Of a stretch of DNA of 64,000 nt, positions 1-10,690 are shown in pieces. Source of the DNA: Candidatus Babeliales bacterium (GTDB taxonomy: Bacteria > Babelota > Babeliae > Babelales > JANWKD01); assembly GCA_963701665.1 (NCBI GenBank), contig OY969622.1, forward strand, positions 736,001 through 800,000, in the 5' to 3' direction. Each line of letters starts with the position of its first letter. Within the stretch, counting starts at the first letter, position 1. Position numbers and translations under genes: made by a program. The notes beneath the pieces are model-generated. The model made no database searches. It saw only the letters and a program-made list of their open reading frames with translations, and had not been told where the DNA came from.

Positions 1-67
1 TATGCAAAACACGGAATGTTAACATCAAATGGCGTAACATAATTGCATGAACACGGTATAATTTCAT
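1..67 (-). CDS. 5' fragment of a probable ABC-2 type permease (runs off window edge)
   Basis: ATG at 67 with upstream AAGGA; reads MKLYRVHAIMLRHLMLTFRVLH; directly downstream of an ABC ATPase. Confidence 0.6.
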   Translation of the reverse strand, partial: MKLYRVHAIMLRHLMLTFRVLH

Positions 68-99
68 AAATTCCTTATTTTTTACTATGAACTAAAATT

Positions 100-1077
100 T
101 TATGCCAACCTCTTATTGTTATTTTTAGCAATATAGAGGAAATAATCTTCTAAGGTAGGTTTATCGATAGAAATTTGCGTATAATCGACCCCGATTTTAG
201 CAAGTCCTATTAATAAAGCTGCAACATCAACTTCATCAACATGAATCTCGAGAAAATTCTCTTTGATTTCACTACGCCATGAACGATCTTTGATGAAAGC
301 TTGCGCTTTCGCGATGTCTTCAGGTGCCATAATAAGATTTACGCGGGTTTTGGAAATACTTGCTGCAATTTCATGGGGCTTATTATCTGCGATAATGTGC
401 CCATTTTTTAAAATAAGAACGCGGTCACAAACTTGCTCAACCTCCGTCATATTATGAGAGGTAAATAGTACTGAAATATTACGCTCTCGTTGTTGTTGCA
501 CAATAAACTTTCTGACATCTTCTGCAACATCAGGGTCAAGCGACGCCGTTGGTTCATCAAGGAGAACAATTTTAGGTTCAGTCATAAAAGCTTTTGCAAG
601 CATAACGCGTGTAATTTGGCCAGCAGACAAGGGCCCAACGGGTTTGTCCCTCAATTCCCATATACCAAATAACCGTAAATATTCTTCTATTTTTTGCGCG
701 CGTTCTTTGCCAGATAAACCATATAAACGGCCATAAATATCGAGATTTTCATAAATGGTTAAACGGCCTGGCAACTTTGTATAGGCACTCGCAAAAGAAA
801 CATATTGCAAAATGTTTGAACGATTGGTAAAAAAATTTAATCCAAAATAATTAATAATTCCCGAGGTTGGGGTCATAAGTCCTAAAAGCATTTGAATGGT
901 TGTGGTTTTTCCTGCACCATTAGGCCCTAAAAACCCAAGTATTTCTCCCTCGTGTAAATTAAATGAAATATTATCAACGGCAACAAAAGTTTTATGAGTG
1001 GATCGTAACAATTTTTTTTGGGTAAAGATCTTGGTAAGACCTTGCACATTAAGAACTATTTTTTTTGCGTGTGACAT
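100..1077 (-). CDS. ABC transporter ATP-binding protein (DrrA/NodI-like exporter)
   Basis: Walker A GPNGAGKTT, signature LSAGQ, Walker B VLLDEPT, H-loop TSH. Confidence 0.93.
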   Translation of the reverse strand: MSHAKKIVLNVQGLTKIFTQKKLLRSTHKTFVAVDNISFNLHEGEILGFLGPNGAGKTTTIQMLLGLMTPTSGIINYFGLNFFTNRSNILQYVSFASAYTKLPGRLTIYENLDIYGRLYGLSGKERAQKIEEYLRLFGIWELRDKPVGPLSAGQITRVMLAKAFMTEPKIVLLDEPTASLDPDVAEDVRKFIVQQQRERNISVLFTSHNMTEVEQVCDRVLILKNGHIIADNKPHEIAASISKTRVNLIMAPEDIAKAQAFIKDRSWRSEIKENFLEIHVDEVDVAALLIGLAKIGVDYTQISIDKPTLEDYFLYIAKNNNKRLA

Positions 1078-1249
1078 GTTTTTTTACCTTGTATAAATTT
1101 TTTATAGTCTAACATTATACGTTGTTAACTGCAATACATGACTGTTGGCAATTAAAAATTAGTATAAGAAGGCCTTGCATTTTGACATCTGAAATTGCTA
1201 CTCTTGATGATAAGGCATAGAAAACTATCGCCTTAAATTAGGGGAAAAA

Positions 1250-2212
1250 ATGAATAGTAGTAGTATGATGCTTAATACATTATTGTTGCCGTCTATGTTA
1301 CTTGGTACTGAACCAAATTTCATGATACATTTACCTCCCCCTGATTCTATGACGTCGATCGTTTATTTATATGCGCACGGTCTTGGTGCTACACAACAAC
1401 AAGCACAAGCACTACTCCCTCATAATAAACATTGGATTCTGAATAGACCTTTAGCGGCCTTTGATTTTCCTGATTCTAAACCTGCATATATGGAATATGA
1501 TCCCAAACATGTAAACTTGGGCCAGCAGGTCGATATTGATCGTTTGCGCTATGCTTACTGGAGAACAAGGCAAGAATTGCCTAATCATATGCAGGTTATA
1601 GCGGCAGTATCGCGTGGCGCAGTAACCGCTTTTAATTGTATGGCTTTACACCAACTCGACCATGTTAAAGCGTTAGTGTTGGAATCTCCTTTTGATACCT
1701 TTGCAAACGTTGTAAAACATTTACTCAGAAGATTCCATATTGGATGGATTCCCTTTTCAAGAAAATTGGCAATTCGTTATGTCAAAAAAACATTCCCATC
1801 ATTTGATATAAATGGCGTCTTTCCACTCACCGTTGCGCATATGATTCCTCATGATCTTCCTATTATAATTATTCATGGAAAACGTGATAAAACAATTCCT
1901 ATAAAAAGCTCACGACTCATTTATTGTGCACTTCTTGAAAATGGCCATAAAGATGTTTATCTACTTGAACTCGATGAAGGGGATCATGGAAAATTGATCG
2001 CTGGCCCCAACGGAGAAATATATCAAAATGTTGTACACGCATTTTATAGACGATACGATTTACCGCATGACCCTCTCCTTGCACAACGCGGTGAAGCCAT
2101 TTTAAATCAATGCCAACCGTCTCTTGATTCAATGAGACGCTATGTAAAAAAATTGAAAAAAATAAGAAAGAAAATGAGAAGAGATCTACTCGAAGCAGCA
2201 GAAGAAGCTTAA
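1250..2212 (+). CDS. alpha/beta hydrolase fold protein
   Basis: YAHGLG oxyanion motif, AVSRG nucleophile elbow, IHGKRD, GDHG; RBS GGGG. Confidence 0.8.
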   Translation: MNSSSMMLNTLLLPSMLLGTEPNFMIHLPPPDSMTSIVYLYAHGLGATQQQAQALLPHNKHWILNRPLAAFDFPDSKPAYMEYDPKHVNLGQQVDIDRLRYAYWRTRQELPNHMQVIAAVSRGAVTAFNCMALHQLDHVKALVLESPFDTFANVVKHLLRRFHIGWIPFSRKLAIRYVKKTFPSFDINGVFPLTVAHMIPHDLPIIIIHGKRDKTIPIKSSRLIYCALLENGHKDVYLLELDEGDHGKLIAGPNGEIYQNVVHAFYRRYDLPHDPLLAQRGEAILNQCQPSLDSMRRYVKKLKKIRKKMRRDLLEAAEEA

Positions 2213-2300
2213 GATACACGCGATGTAATCACAACGCAAAATATCAAGCTGAAAAAATTAGCTATAATAAAATTATATTTATCTGCAGAAAAAATTATTT

Positions 2301-3245
2301 TCAGTTATTTTTCTTCAAATCAAAATATCCTTGCCTCATTTCTTCATGATATACGATAAACAATCCACTTAAAAGAAAAACTGAAGAAACGATGAAAGAC
2401 ACCGAAATTGATTCGCCTAAGAAAAACCATCCAAAAAGTGCTGCAAATGCAGGCGTCATAAGCTCCCCAAAGGTAACAAGAGTCGCCGTAAAACGTTGCA
2501 ACAAGAACCCATACAAAAGATAACAGATGATGTTACCAAACAAAATCAAAAGAACAGAATAGCCAAGGAATGGTATCAGTTCTGTCACCGGGAACCACTC
2601 TGAAAGTAATGGTTGTGTAAGACATCCACCATTTTCAATAAAGTATGAAGTAATCAATGCTGCGATACCACCACATAACATACCAACGCCATTTATAAAG
2701 ATAATGGGAAGCGCGTGCTTTTTAATACCTTTTCTAATGACAACCCATCCATAAGAAAAAGAAACAATAGCCGCAAATATTGCAAGTTCAGGTAATGAGA
2801 CAGCAACGAGGTTACATCCATCATAAGAACCCGATGCAAAGATAACGGGAAGTGAACCGATTAAACTGAGCGCAAGCCCGCACGCTTTTTTAACCGTCAT
2901 TTTTTCATGGAATATATAATAGGAGAATAAAGCTGCAATAGCGGGAGAAAGGCTATAAAGAAATGCCGTTTTTGCCGACGACATGTATTGTAATGACCAG
3001 AACTCCATTATATAAGCAAAGTAAAAACAGAAAAATGATACTTGTATAAAGAGGAAGTAATCAGATCGAATAAGTTTTGGAAATTTTCTGTTGGTACACC
3101 AATAAGCAACTAAAAAAGCAACGCCTGAAACAATAAGACGAAAACTAATTAAAAAGATAGGGGGAGAATAGCCAAGGAGAATTTTACCAAGCGTATAAGT
3201 ACTAGCAGAGAAAGCGGAAAGTAACATTAAAAGAAACATGCGCAT
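2301..3245 (-). CDS. EamA/DMT family transporter (chlamydial SAM/SAH carrier-like)
   Basis: About 10 TM helices, FGWFFLGE motif, C-terminal YHEEMRQGY; paralogue of 19629-20537. Confidence 0.85.
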   Translation of the reverse strand: MRMFLLMLLSAFSASTYTLGKILLGYSPPIFLISFRLIVSGVAFLVAYWCTNRKFPKLIRSDYFLFIQVSFFCFYFAYIMEFWSLQYMSSAKTAFLYSLSPAIAALFSYYIFHEKMTVKKACGLALSLIGSLPVIFASGSYDGCNLVAVSLPELAIFAAIVSFSYGWVVIRKGIKKHALPIIFINGVGMLCGGIAALITSYFIENGGCLTQPLLSEWFPVTELIPFLGYSVLLILFGNIICYLLYGFLLQRFTATLVTFGELMTPAFAALFGWFFLGESISVSFIVSSVFLLSGLFIVYHEEMRQGYFDLKKNN

Positions 3246-3289
3246 CCTTTATATATGAAGGCCTTACTTAGATTTGACGATGATATTTT

Positions 3290-4117
3290 TTATTCTTTTT
3301 CATCATGTGCAACATGAATTTCATCATCAACTACTCTAACACGTTCAATATGTGTTGCTTTTCCTGTTGTGGTATCAATCTCAACCCAAACTCCTGATAA
3401 TACAAAAGGACCTTGAATATCGACTTCAAATTTTTGCGGCATCTGCGTTAAATAATTTTTTATAATTGATTCTTTTTTCATCCCTATCATAGAATTGAGT
3501 GAACCTGCCATACCAAGATCCGTTATATAGGCTGTACCGTTGGGTAAAATTCTTTCATCCGCAGTTTGTACATGCGTGTGAGTTCCGACCAAAGCACTCA
3601 CGCGACCATCAAGATAATAAGCAAGTCCTAATTTTTCCGATGTTGTTTCAGCATGAAAATCTACAAGGATAATATTTGTTCGTGATCTTAAAAAGGTAAG
3701 TGCCGAGTCTGCCGTGCGGAATGGATCATTGACATACTCACGCATAAAAACTCTTCCTTGCAAGTTCAACACACCAATTGAATATTCTTTGCATGAATAT
3801 ATACCAACACCGGTGCCAGGACAATCGGTTGGAAAATTTTCTGGTCTTAAAAGATCCTTATTTTCAGACAGATAAGAATAAATTTCTTTATTATGCCAAA
3901 TATGATTACCCGATGTAACAACGTCAACGCCAGCGTGTCTAAAAAAACGGACGATGCGTGAGGTAATGCCTTTACCTTGACAACTATTTTCTCCGTTTAC
4001 AACCACGAAATCAATTGAAAATTTACTTTTCAAAGAATTTATGTGCTTTTGGAAAATTATTCTTCCTGGAAATCCTACAATATCGCCTAAAAGTAAAACT
4101 CGTAAAGATTTACTCAT
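3290..4117 (-). CDS. ymdB: YmdB-like metallophosphoesterase (TIGR00282)
   Basis: GDIVG, NGEN, GNH, DFHAETTSEK, GTHTHVQTADE; downstream of rny. Confidence 0.92.
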   Translation of the reverse strand: MSKSLRVLLLGDIVGFPGRIIFQKHINSLKSKFSIDFVVVNGENSCQGKGITSRIVRFFRHAGVDVVTSGNHIWHNKEIYSYLSENKDLLRPENFPTDCPGTGVGIYSCKEYSIGVLNLQGRVFMREYVNDPFRTADSALTFLRSRTNIILVDFHAETTSEKLGLAYYLDGRVSALVGTHTHVQTADERILPNGTAYITDLGMAGSLNSMIGMKKESIIKNYLTQMPQKFEVDIQGPFVLSGVWVEIDTTTGKATHIERVRVVDDEIHVAHDEKE

Positions 4118-4120
4118 TTT

Positions 4121-5686
4121 TTACCTTGCGTACTCGATTGAGCGTTTTTCTCGGATTACATTTATCTTAATTTGACCAGGAAATGTCATTTCTAATTCCA
4201 CCTTTTTTGCAATATCACGCGCTAACATTGCTGCTTTTTCATCATCTAAGAAATCTTCTTCAACAATCACGCGCACTTCTCTACCTGCTTGAAGTGCGTA
4301 CGCTTTCTTTATACCTTCAAAGGATAGCGCCAATTCTTCAAGTTTTTCAAGACGTTTGATATAAGCAGATAATGTTTCACGACGAGCGCCCGGACGGGAT
4401 GCCGAAATAGTATCTGCAATCATAACGATCGGACCATATAATGATGTGAACGGCACTTCCTCGTGATGAGCTGCAATGGCATTAACAACCATTGGATCTT
4501 CGCCACAACGTTTTGCAATATCACCACCGATAAGTGCGTGCGGGCCTTCAACTTCAGCTGTAACTGCTTTACCAATATCATGTAATAAGCCGCAACGCAA
4601 TGCCATTGCACCATCTAATCCAAGTTCTTCAGCAATCATTCTGGCAAAAATACCAACTTCCTTGCAATGTTCAAGAACATTTTGTGAAAAGCTTGTTCTA
4701 AAATGGAGTTTGCCAAGCAACGTTACAATTTCTGGATGTACGCCCTGCAAGTTAAACTCAAGCACAACTTCTTTACCGTATTCTTCAACAATTTCATCAA
4801 TGTCTTTTTCACATTGTGCGACGGTTTCTTCAATACGTGATGGATTAATACGTCCATCGGCAATTAATTTTTCTAGCGCTCGTTTTGCAACTTCACGTCG
4901 AATAGGGTTAAATCCAGAGATGGTAATGATTTCCGGCGCATCACCAATGACAAATTCCATGCCGGTTGCCATTTCGAGTGATTTAATATTACGCCCTTCT
5001 TTACCAATAATTCTTCCCTTCATTTCCTCGTTGGGTAAATGTACCACACCAGATGAATGAGGGGCTACCTGATCAGCAGTATATCGCTGCATAGCGCTTA
5101 CAACAAGCTGAATCGAGCGATCCTTAGCAGTCGTTCGCACATCCTCTTCAACTTTTTGCAACCATTTTTCACTCGTTAAACGAACTTCGGCTTGTAACGT
5201 ATCAAATAAGCTTTGACGAGCTTCATCCCTCGTCATGCCACTAATGTTTTCTAATTTTGCGATTAAATCAGTATATAATGATTTAATTTTAGTTTCATCG
5301 AGACGCAAGCGATCACTCAAGCGAGATAAGTTACGTTCTTTTTGCTGCAGCTCTTGGCTTAAATCATCAAGGCGTTGTTCTTTTTTTTCAATATTTTCAT
5401 ATTTACTTGTGATTTTAGCTTGAAAACGTTCGAGTTCGAGTTTTTCTCGCCTCATTTCAAATTCAAATTCATTTTTCCTTTTATGAAGTTCATCTTTCAA
5501 CTTTAATGATGCTTCTCGCCGCTCAACTTCGATGTCTCGTTTAACATGTTTCCATTTTTCCTGTGCTTCGTTGAAAATCAATGAAGCTTTATCCATTTTT
5601 CTTTTTGCTAAAAATAGGAGCACAATGGCAATGCCAATGCTCACTATACTTATAAAACCTAACAAACCAAGTGTCATAAATTCCAT
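4121..5686 (-). CDS. rny: Ribonuclease Y
   Basis: N-terminal TM, coiled coil, KH domain MKGRIIGKEGRNI, HD domain LLHDIGK, ASRPGARRE. Confidence 0.97.
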   Translation of the reverse strand: MEFMTLGLLGFISIVSIGIAIVLLFLAKRKMDKASLIFNEAQEKWKHVKRDIEVERREASLKLKDELHKRKNEFEFEMRREKLELERFQAKITSKYENIEKKEQRLDDLSQELQQKERNLSRLSDRLRLDETKIKSLYTDLIAKLENISGMTRDEARQSLFDTLQAEVRLTSEKWLQKVEEDVRTTAKDRSIQLVVSAMQRYTADQVAPHSSGVVHLPNEEMKGRIIGKEGRNIKSLEMATGMEFVIGDAPEIITISGFNPIRREVAKRALEKLIADGRINPSRIEETVAQCEKDIDEIVEEYGKEVVLEFNLQGVHPEIVTLLGKLHFRTSFSQNVLEHCKEVGIFARMIAEELGLDGAMALRCGLLHDIGKAVTAEVEGPHALIGGDIAKRCGEDPMVVNAIAAHHEEVPFTSLYGPIVMIADTISASRPGARRETLSAYIKRLEKLEELALSFEGIKKAYALQAGREVRVIVEEDFLDDEKAAMLARDIAKKVELEMTFPGQIKINVIREKRSIEYAR

Positions 5687-5858
5687 ATCTGAATAATCCT
5701 ACAATAGAGTCCATAAAAAAGACTATCTCAATTTTTTTTAAACTATCATAAAATAGCTTTAAAATTGAGTAGCTTCATTTTTTTTAATTAATCAAGAGAG
5801 ATACTATGATCCTAAACCGGATGCAGAAAGTTAAGGGAACAGCTACAAAAGAGCGCAC

Positions 5859-6134
5859 TTATAAGGAAGGCATTGCTTGAATAAGATTCTTAATTGCAGC
5901 TTTTGTTTCGTCATGCTCTAGGCAAGTAGCCTGCATTTGTAAAGCGATTTTCAACGCTGCCAAAATAGCAACTTTTTGACTTGGCATATCAGAAGCTTTT
6001 GAAGCAATTTCTTTCATGAGCTGATCAACGTACAAAGCAGCAGTTAAAACACATTCTTCTGATTCGTCACTAACAACGGTATAAGAGTCACCAAAAACAG
6101 TAATAGTGTATTTTTTTACTTCAGGCTTCATCAT
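5859..6134 (-). CDS. zapA: Cell division protein ZapA
   Basis: ITVFGDSY..YVDQLMKEI..KVAILAALKIA; conserved zapA-rny-ymdB order. Confidence 0.85.
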   Translation of the reverse strand: MMKPEVKKYTITVFGDSYTVVSDESEECVLTAALYVDQLMKEIASKASDMPSQKVAILAALKIALQMQATCLEHDETKAAIKNLIQAMPSL

Positions 6135-6355
6135 TTTCGATCGTGATCGCCTATAAGTGAATCAATATTTTTAATCAGATCATCCACAGCACTACGTGTC
6201 AACGCTTTTTCTTCTTCGAAGTTTTCTTTCCCACGAAGCATGGACGTTTCAAGAGCATCAATTTTTTTAAGCAAAGCGGCATTTTCTGCTTGCAACGCTC
6301 TAATCCGCTCTATGAGCTGTGCAATTTTTAACTCTAAAATTTGCAGTGTTTCCAT
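6131..6355 (-). CDS. Short coiled-coil protein (ZapB-like)
   Basis: Heptad coiled coil, overlaps zapA start, RBS AAGGAG. Confidence 0.65.
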   Translation of the reverse strand: METLQILELKIAQLIERIRALQAENAALLKKIDALETSMLRGKENFEEEKALTRSAVDDLIKNIDSLIGDHDRK

Positions 6356-6442
6356 TAACTCTCCTTTTTACCTTAGCTCATGTATAGTTTTTTTTAATGG
6401 CTATACATTAATTCTAAGAAGCTGCACTCGTACTTGTCAAGA

Positions 6443-6790
6443 TTATTTCTTTATTAACGTAACAATACGAGTAAAAGCCATAGGATCATAAATCGCAATT
6501 TGGCTTAACATTTTTCTGTTCAAAGAAATATTAGCCTGCTTTAATCCGTGCATTAATTTATTGTATGACAGTCCATTAAGCTTAGATGCAGCACCAATAC
6601 GAGTAATAAAAAGTGCTCTCATATCACGCTTTTTAAGCTTTCGCCCTTTATAGGCAAATGCCATGGCACGCAACAACGTTTCTTTCGCACGCTTAATGAT
6701 ATTCTTTCTTTGTCCCCAATATCCTTTAGTGCTTTTTAATAAACGTTTATGTCTTCTCTTGGTATTAAGACCTCTTTTAACTCTTGTCAT
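6443..6790 (-). CDS. rplT: 50S ribosomal protein L20
   Basis: MTRVKRG..KGYWG..RKMLSQIAI. Confidence 0.98.
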   Translation of the reverse strand: MTRVKRGLNTKRRHKRLLKSTKGYWGQRKNIIKRAKETLLRAMAFAYKGRKLKKRDMRALFITRIGAASKLNGLSYNKLMHGLKQANISLNRKMLSQIAIYDPMAFTRIVTLIKK

Positions 6791-6828
6791 GTATCAAATC
6801 CTTGTTAATAAACAATAACGTGTTACCG

Positions 6829-7029
6829 TCATTTTACGTACGGTAATAATGGTGCAATAGTGCGATAATCAGCAGCATTAACATATGCTGATTGACGCAT
6901 AGTTCTTTTTTTGCGGGATGATTTTTTTGTTAAAAGGTGGCGTCTGCCAGCTTTTGTAAATTTAATCAAACCGCTTTTTAATTTTTTAAAACGCTTGCTT
7001 GCGCCAGAATGAGTTTTCTTTTTTGGCAT
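6829..7029 (-). CDS. rpmI: 50S ribosomal protein L35 (start MPKKKTHSG at 7029)
   Basis: MPKKKTHSGASKRFK..RRHLLTKK; between infC and rplT. Confidence 0.96.
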   Translation of the reverse strand: MPKKKTHSGASKRFKKLKSGLIKFTKAGRRHLLTKKSSRKKRTMRQSAYVNAADYRTIAPLLPYVK

Positions 7030-7040
7030 AGTAAAATCCT

Positions 7041-7592
7041 CTAACTTTTCCCTGATTTCATATAATAGGTTCTTGACCATAGTTGACCAATTTTTGCATC
7101 TTTTTCCTGCATAAGGTTGGTTAGACCACTGTCTTTTAAGTACGAATCAATTTTTTCAAACAGTTGAGAACCGCGCTCTTCTTTATTCATAATTTCACGG
7201 CCACGAAATGCTACGGTAATCTTCAAATGTTTCCCATCATGAAGAAATTGAACGCCTTGGTTCATTTTTGTTTTGAAATCATGTTCACCAATTTTAGGAC
7301 GAACCTTAATTTCTTTAACTTGTATTGTCTTTTGGTGCTTTTTAGCCTCAGTGAGCTTTTTCTTTTTCGCGTACTGCGCTTTACCAAAATCCATGATTTT
7401 AGTAAGAGGAAACCCATCACTGCCACTTTCAGCGATCAGTACCAAATCAAGACCTGCCAGGTGAGCTTGCCTAAGAGCTTCATCACGCGAAACAACACCA
7501 ATATTCTGACCCTCATGAGTTATCAGTTGAACTTTGGGAAAACGGATATTCTCATTGACGGGATGTATATTTTTTTCTGGTTTTGTACTCAT
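7041..7592 (-). CDS. infC: Translation initiation factor IF-3
   Basis: NENIR, LDLVLI, KIMDFGK, KEIKVRPKIGEHD, FRGRE. Confidence 0.96.
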   Translation of the reverse strand: MSTKPEKNIHPVNENIRFPKVQLITHEGQNIGVVSRDEALRQAHLAGLDLVLIAESGSDGFPLTKIMDFGKAQYAKKKKLTEAKKHQKTIQVKEIKVRPKIGEHDFKTKMNQGVQFLHDGKHLKITVAFRGREIMNKEERGSQLFEKIDSYLKDSGLTNLMQEKDAKIGQLWSRTYYMKSGKS

Positions 7593-7614
7593 GGTCAGTT
7601 ATATTAATCCTTTA

Positions 7615-8718
7615 CTAATCTGCCGAGGCAAGGCTCATATCAGCCTCTTGAAATTCAGTTACTTTTGCCTGCTCTGGCATGGCTAAAATCTTTTTTACTT
7701 CAGTTAAAACGGCTTGCGCAAAATCATGCTTTTCTCTTATATAGATAAGCGCTTGTTCTCTTCCTTGAGCAAATTTTTCTCCCTTAAAGGAAAGCCATGA
7801 ACCCGATTGCTGCACTACCCCATAGATAAGTGCCGCATCTAAAAGATCAAGCTCTTTACTAATTCCTTCACTAAAGAGCAAATCTAACTCTACCTTCTTA
7901 AAAGGAGGAGCCATTTTATTTTTTACTACTTTAATAACAACTCTGTTACCAAAATGGTTATCATTCTTTTTTAATGAACCTATTTTTCTTACTTCCAAAC
8001 GAAGTGATGCATAGAACTTTAGTGCGTTACCGCCAGTTGTGGTTTCTTTATTGGCAAAAGGCATAGAGTTCATAGTATGACGAATCTGGTTAATAAAAAT
8101 TAAGACCGTCTTTGATTTATGAACAACGGGTGTTAATTTTCGTAATGCTTGCGACATCAAACGTGCCTGTAGACCCATATGAACATCGCCCATGTCACCT
8201 TCTAATTCTGCTTTTGGTACGAGCGCTGCTACTGAGTCAATGACTATAATGTCAACGGCACCAGAACGAATAAGCATTTCAGCGATATCGAGTGCTTGTT
8301 CACCGTAATCAGGCTGAGAAATGATAAGTTCATCGATATTAATGCCTAAATTAGAGGCATATTTCGGGTCGAGGGCATGTTCGGCATCTATAAACGCGCA
8401 AATCCCACCCTTTTTTTGCGATTGTGCAATTGCTTGCATTGCCAAGGTTGTTTTTCCTGAAGCTTCAGGACCGTATATTTCAACGATGCGCCCACGTGGC
8501 AATCCGCCAATACCAATCGCATGATCAATCAAGATAGAGCCAGTTGAAATTGCATCGATCGTACCATGAGGCGTTTGCCCAAGGAGCATCACGGAACCCT
8601 TACCATACTCTTTATCAATTTGAGAGAAGGTAACCTCTAAAGCTTTTCTTTTTGCGTCTTTTTGCTCATTTTCATGAGTATTAGGCGCTGTTTTATCAAC
8701 TTTTGCTGGTTTAATCAT
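7615..8718 (-). CDS. recA: Recombinase RecA
   Basis: [36 protein letters not shown]. Confidence 0.99.
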   Translation of the reverse strand: MIKPAKVDKTAPNTHENEQKDAKRKALEVTFSQIDKEYGKGSVMLLGQTPHGTIDAISTGSILIDHAIGIGGLPRGRIVEIYGPEASGKTTLAMQAIAQSQKKGGICAFIDAEHALDPKYASNLGINIDELIISQPDYGEQALDIAEMLIRSGAVDIIVIDSVAALVPKAELEGDMGDVHMGLQARLMSQALRKLTPVVHKSKTVLIFINQIRHTMNSMPFANKETTTGGNALKFYASLRLEVRKIGSLKKNDNHFGNRVVIKVVKNKMAPPFKKVELDLLFSEGISKELDLLDAALIYGVVQQSGSWLSFKGEKFAQGREQALIYIREKHDFAQAVLTEVKKILAMPEQAKVTEFQEADMSLASAD

Positions 8719-10690
8719 ATGGTAGATTTTCTTCTTGAGTGTTAAGCGATGGTTCTATAAATTGTAGTGTAGCAGTTCTATATAAAGAAGCAACAAAGCC
8801 ACGTTCAATAAAGGATTTTTCATCGGCGTATAACGCTTGGGTAACCTTACTCTTTTGCGCATCAAATTCAGCTTGTACAAACGGTTCTCTGCTTTCAAAA
8901 TAAATCAGGAAATCCCTCGCATGCCCCCCAGAATTTATTGAAGTACCTTCAAGCTGGGAAAGTGCGAGCATTTCCTCAACGGGAACGCCTTGCTTGATAA
9001 GGTCCTTTATTTTCTCTTTGTCATCTTTTTTTAGGGGGCCATATTGTTTCTCAAGTCCGCCGAGTTTTTTTATCTCATCAAATTTATGCTCGCGCGCCAA
9101 GTTTGCTGCCTGCTTGAGCGTTTCTTCTTGTAGTTCACGCGCTTTTTGTAAAAAATAATCCGAGCGCACTTTTTCCTTAGCCTGTTCAAGCTCTGGCTTA
9201 TGGGCTTTTTCGATCGATTTGAGCTGTAAGGCATACCCTTTATCACCTTCTACAAAAAATGCCCAATCACCAACTTTGAGTTTAAAAAGCTTACTTACAA
9301 TACGCGACTCGTCATTTCTTTCTTGATTATCAAGCGTTTTTGCCACTGCTTTTTTGTCTTGTGCAAAGGTTTTTAATAATTCTTGGGTGGTTGACCGGTT
9401 CATAAACTTGGTCATATCTTCATTAAAGAGAGTTTTAAATTTTTGTAGCCTTAATGTTGCAAGAATATCAGGAGTTACTTCAGTGAGGGTTTTATAGGTA
9501 ACAGGTTTTCTTGCCACACGCTGTAAAATCTCAAAGCCTTGATCAGTTACAACCATATCGGAAATATCACCATCATGTTGTAAGCGGAATGCAGCACGCT
9601 CAAATTCAGGATTTTTTTCACCTTTTTTGAAAAACTCAAGTAATCCACCTTTACTTGCCGATGCTTTATCATCAGAATATTTCTGAGCGAGTGCATCGAA
9701 ATCGCTTGGGTTAGCAGAGAGTTCAGATTTAATCTTTTGAGCTTTTTCTTCGGTTGCTTTCACAGCTTCATTATCGGCAGTGTCAGCAACGCCAATCAAA
9801 ATTCTTTTTACCTGTACTTGTGCAGGCGTTTCAATATATTTTTTTGTTTTTTGTGCTGCATAGTATGCTTCAATTTCACCGGCAGATACTGATACATTGT
9901 AGGTATCTGGAGAAAATTCCCAGTAAAAACCTGATCTTTTTTCTGGCACAAGGTAATTTTTGCTATATTTTTCAAAGAATGCAGCAAGCTGCTCATCAGA
10001 CACTGATCCTTCATGAGCTTTTTTTAAAAACGCATTTAAGGAAAACTCAAAAACACGGAAGCTTTTACCCAAATAATTTTCTATGTAATAATTTTTAATG
10101 GTTGTTGGGGAAAGATACAGTGCGGTTGTAACCATAGAACGCAATACCGATCTTTTTATTGCATCTTCAATTGTTTTTTCAAAATCACTAAGATTGAGTT
10201 TATAACGATGCAAATATTGATTTAACCGTTGGGTATTGATCGTCGTTTTTTGTTCATCAAAAAGATAATACGGTATCACATCACCCAATTCTTTTGAAAA
10301 CCCTGCAGGATTTTGTAAAAGTTGGACAACATAATCAGGCGAAATACGAAGCGGTATAGCCCCAGCAGCCTGATTTAAAAGTTCATCTTGGATAAGAGAC
10401 TGTAAAGCCATACTTCTAGGGTTATTTAATCCTAATTGTTGCAAAAAGTCTTCGGCTTGCGCGCCAAATTGTTCCCTGAAAAAATGTATACGTTCTGTTT
10501 CTTGTGCTACTTTTCTTTCATAAGGTAATGTCTCAATAGGCTCATTATTTACCGTAACAACAGCTGAACGCATACTGCTTTGCCGTCGAAAAAGTGCCGG
10601 AGAAAAGAGAAGCGCCATAGCAAGCAAAGTAATCCAAAGAACTACCTTGAATCCTTGTCCTTTTAATTGATTACGAATTTCAATTATCAT
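8711..10690 (-). CDS. ppiD: PpiD/SurA-like periplasmic chaperone with parvulin domain
   Basis: N-terminal TM, SurA-N-like region, rotamase motif [28 protein letters not shown]. Confidence 0.8.
   Translation of the reverse strand: MIIEIRNQLKGQGFKVVLWITLLAMALLFSPALFRRQSSMRSAVVTVNNEPIETLPYERKVAQETERIHFFREQFGAQAEDFLQQLGLNNPRSMALQSLIQDELLNQAAGAIPLRISPDYVVQLLQNPAGFSKELGDVIPYYLFDEQKTTINTQRLNQYLHRYKLNLSDFEKTIEDAIKRSVLRSMVTTALYLSPTTIKNYYIENYLGKSFRVFEFSLNAFLKKAHEGSVSDEQLAAFFEKYSKNYLVPEKRSGFYWEFSPDTYNVSVSAGEIEAYYAAQKTKKYIETPAQVQVKRILIGVADTADNEAVKATEEKAQKIKSELSANPSDFDALAQKYSDDKASASKGGLLEFFKKGEKNPEFERAAFRLQHDGDISDMVVTDQGFEILQRVARKPVTYKTLTEVTPDILATLRLQKFKTLFNEDMTKFMNRSTTQELLKTFAQDKKAVAKTLDNQERNDESRIVSKLFKLKVGDWAFFVEGDKGYALQLKSIEKAHKPELEQAKEKVRSDYFLQKARELQEETLKQAANLAREHKFDEIKKLGGLEKQYGPLKKDDKEKIKDLIKQGVPVEEMLALSQLEGTSINSGGHARDFLIYFESREPFVQAEFDAQKSKVTQALYADEKSFIERGFVASLYRTATLQFIEPSLNTQEENLPYD

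Noticed and set aside
1106..1130. dif-like site
   Set aside because: Imperfect palindrome lacking the XerD arm TTATGTTAAAT and the 11-6-11 spacing.
4476..5060. 194-aa plus-strand ORF and similar Ser-rich antisense ORFs over dnaK, lepA and gyrA
   Set aside because: Antisense shadows of conserved genes.
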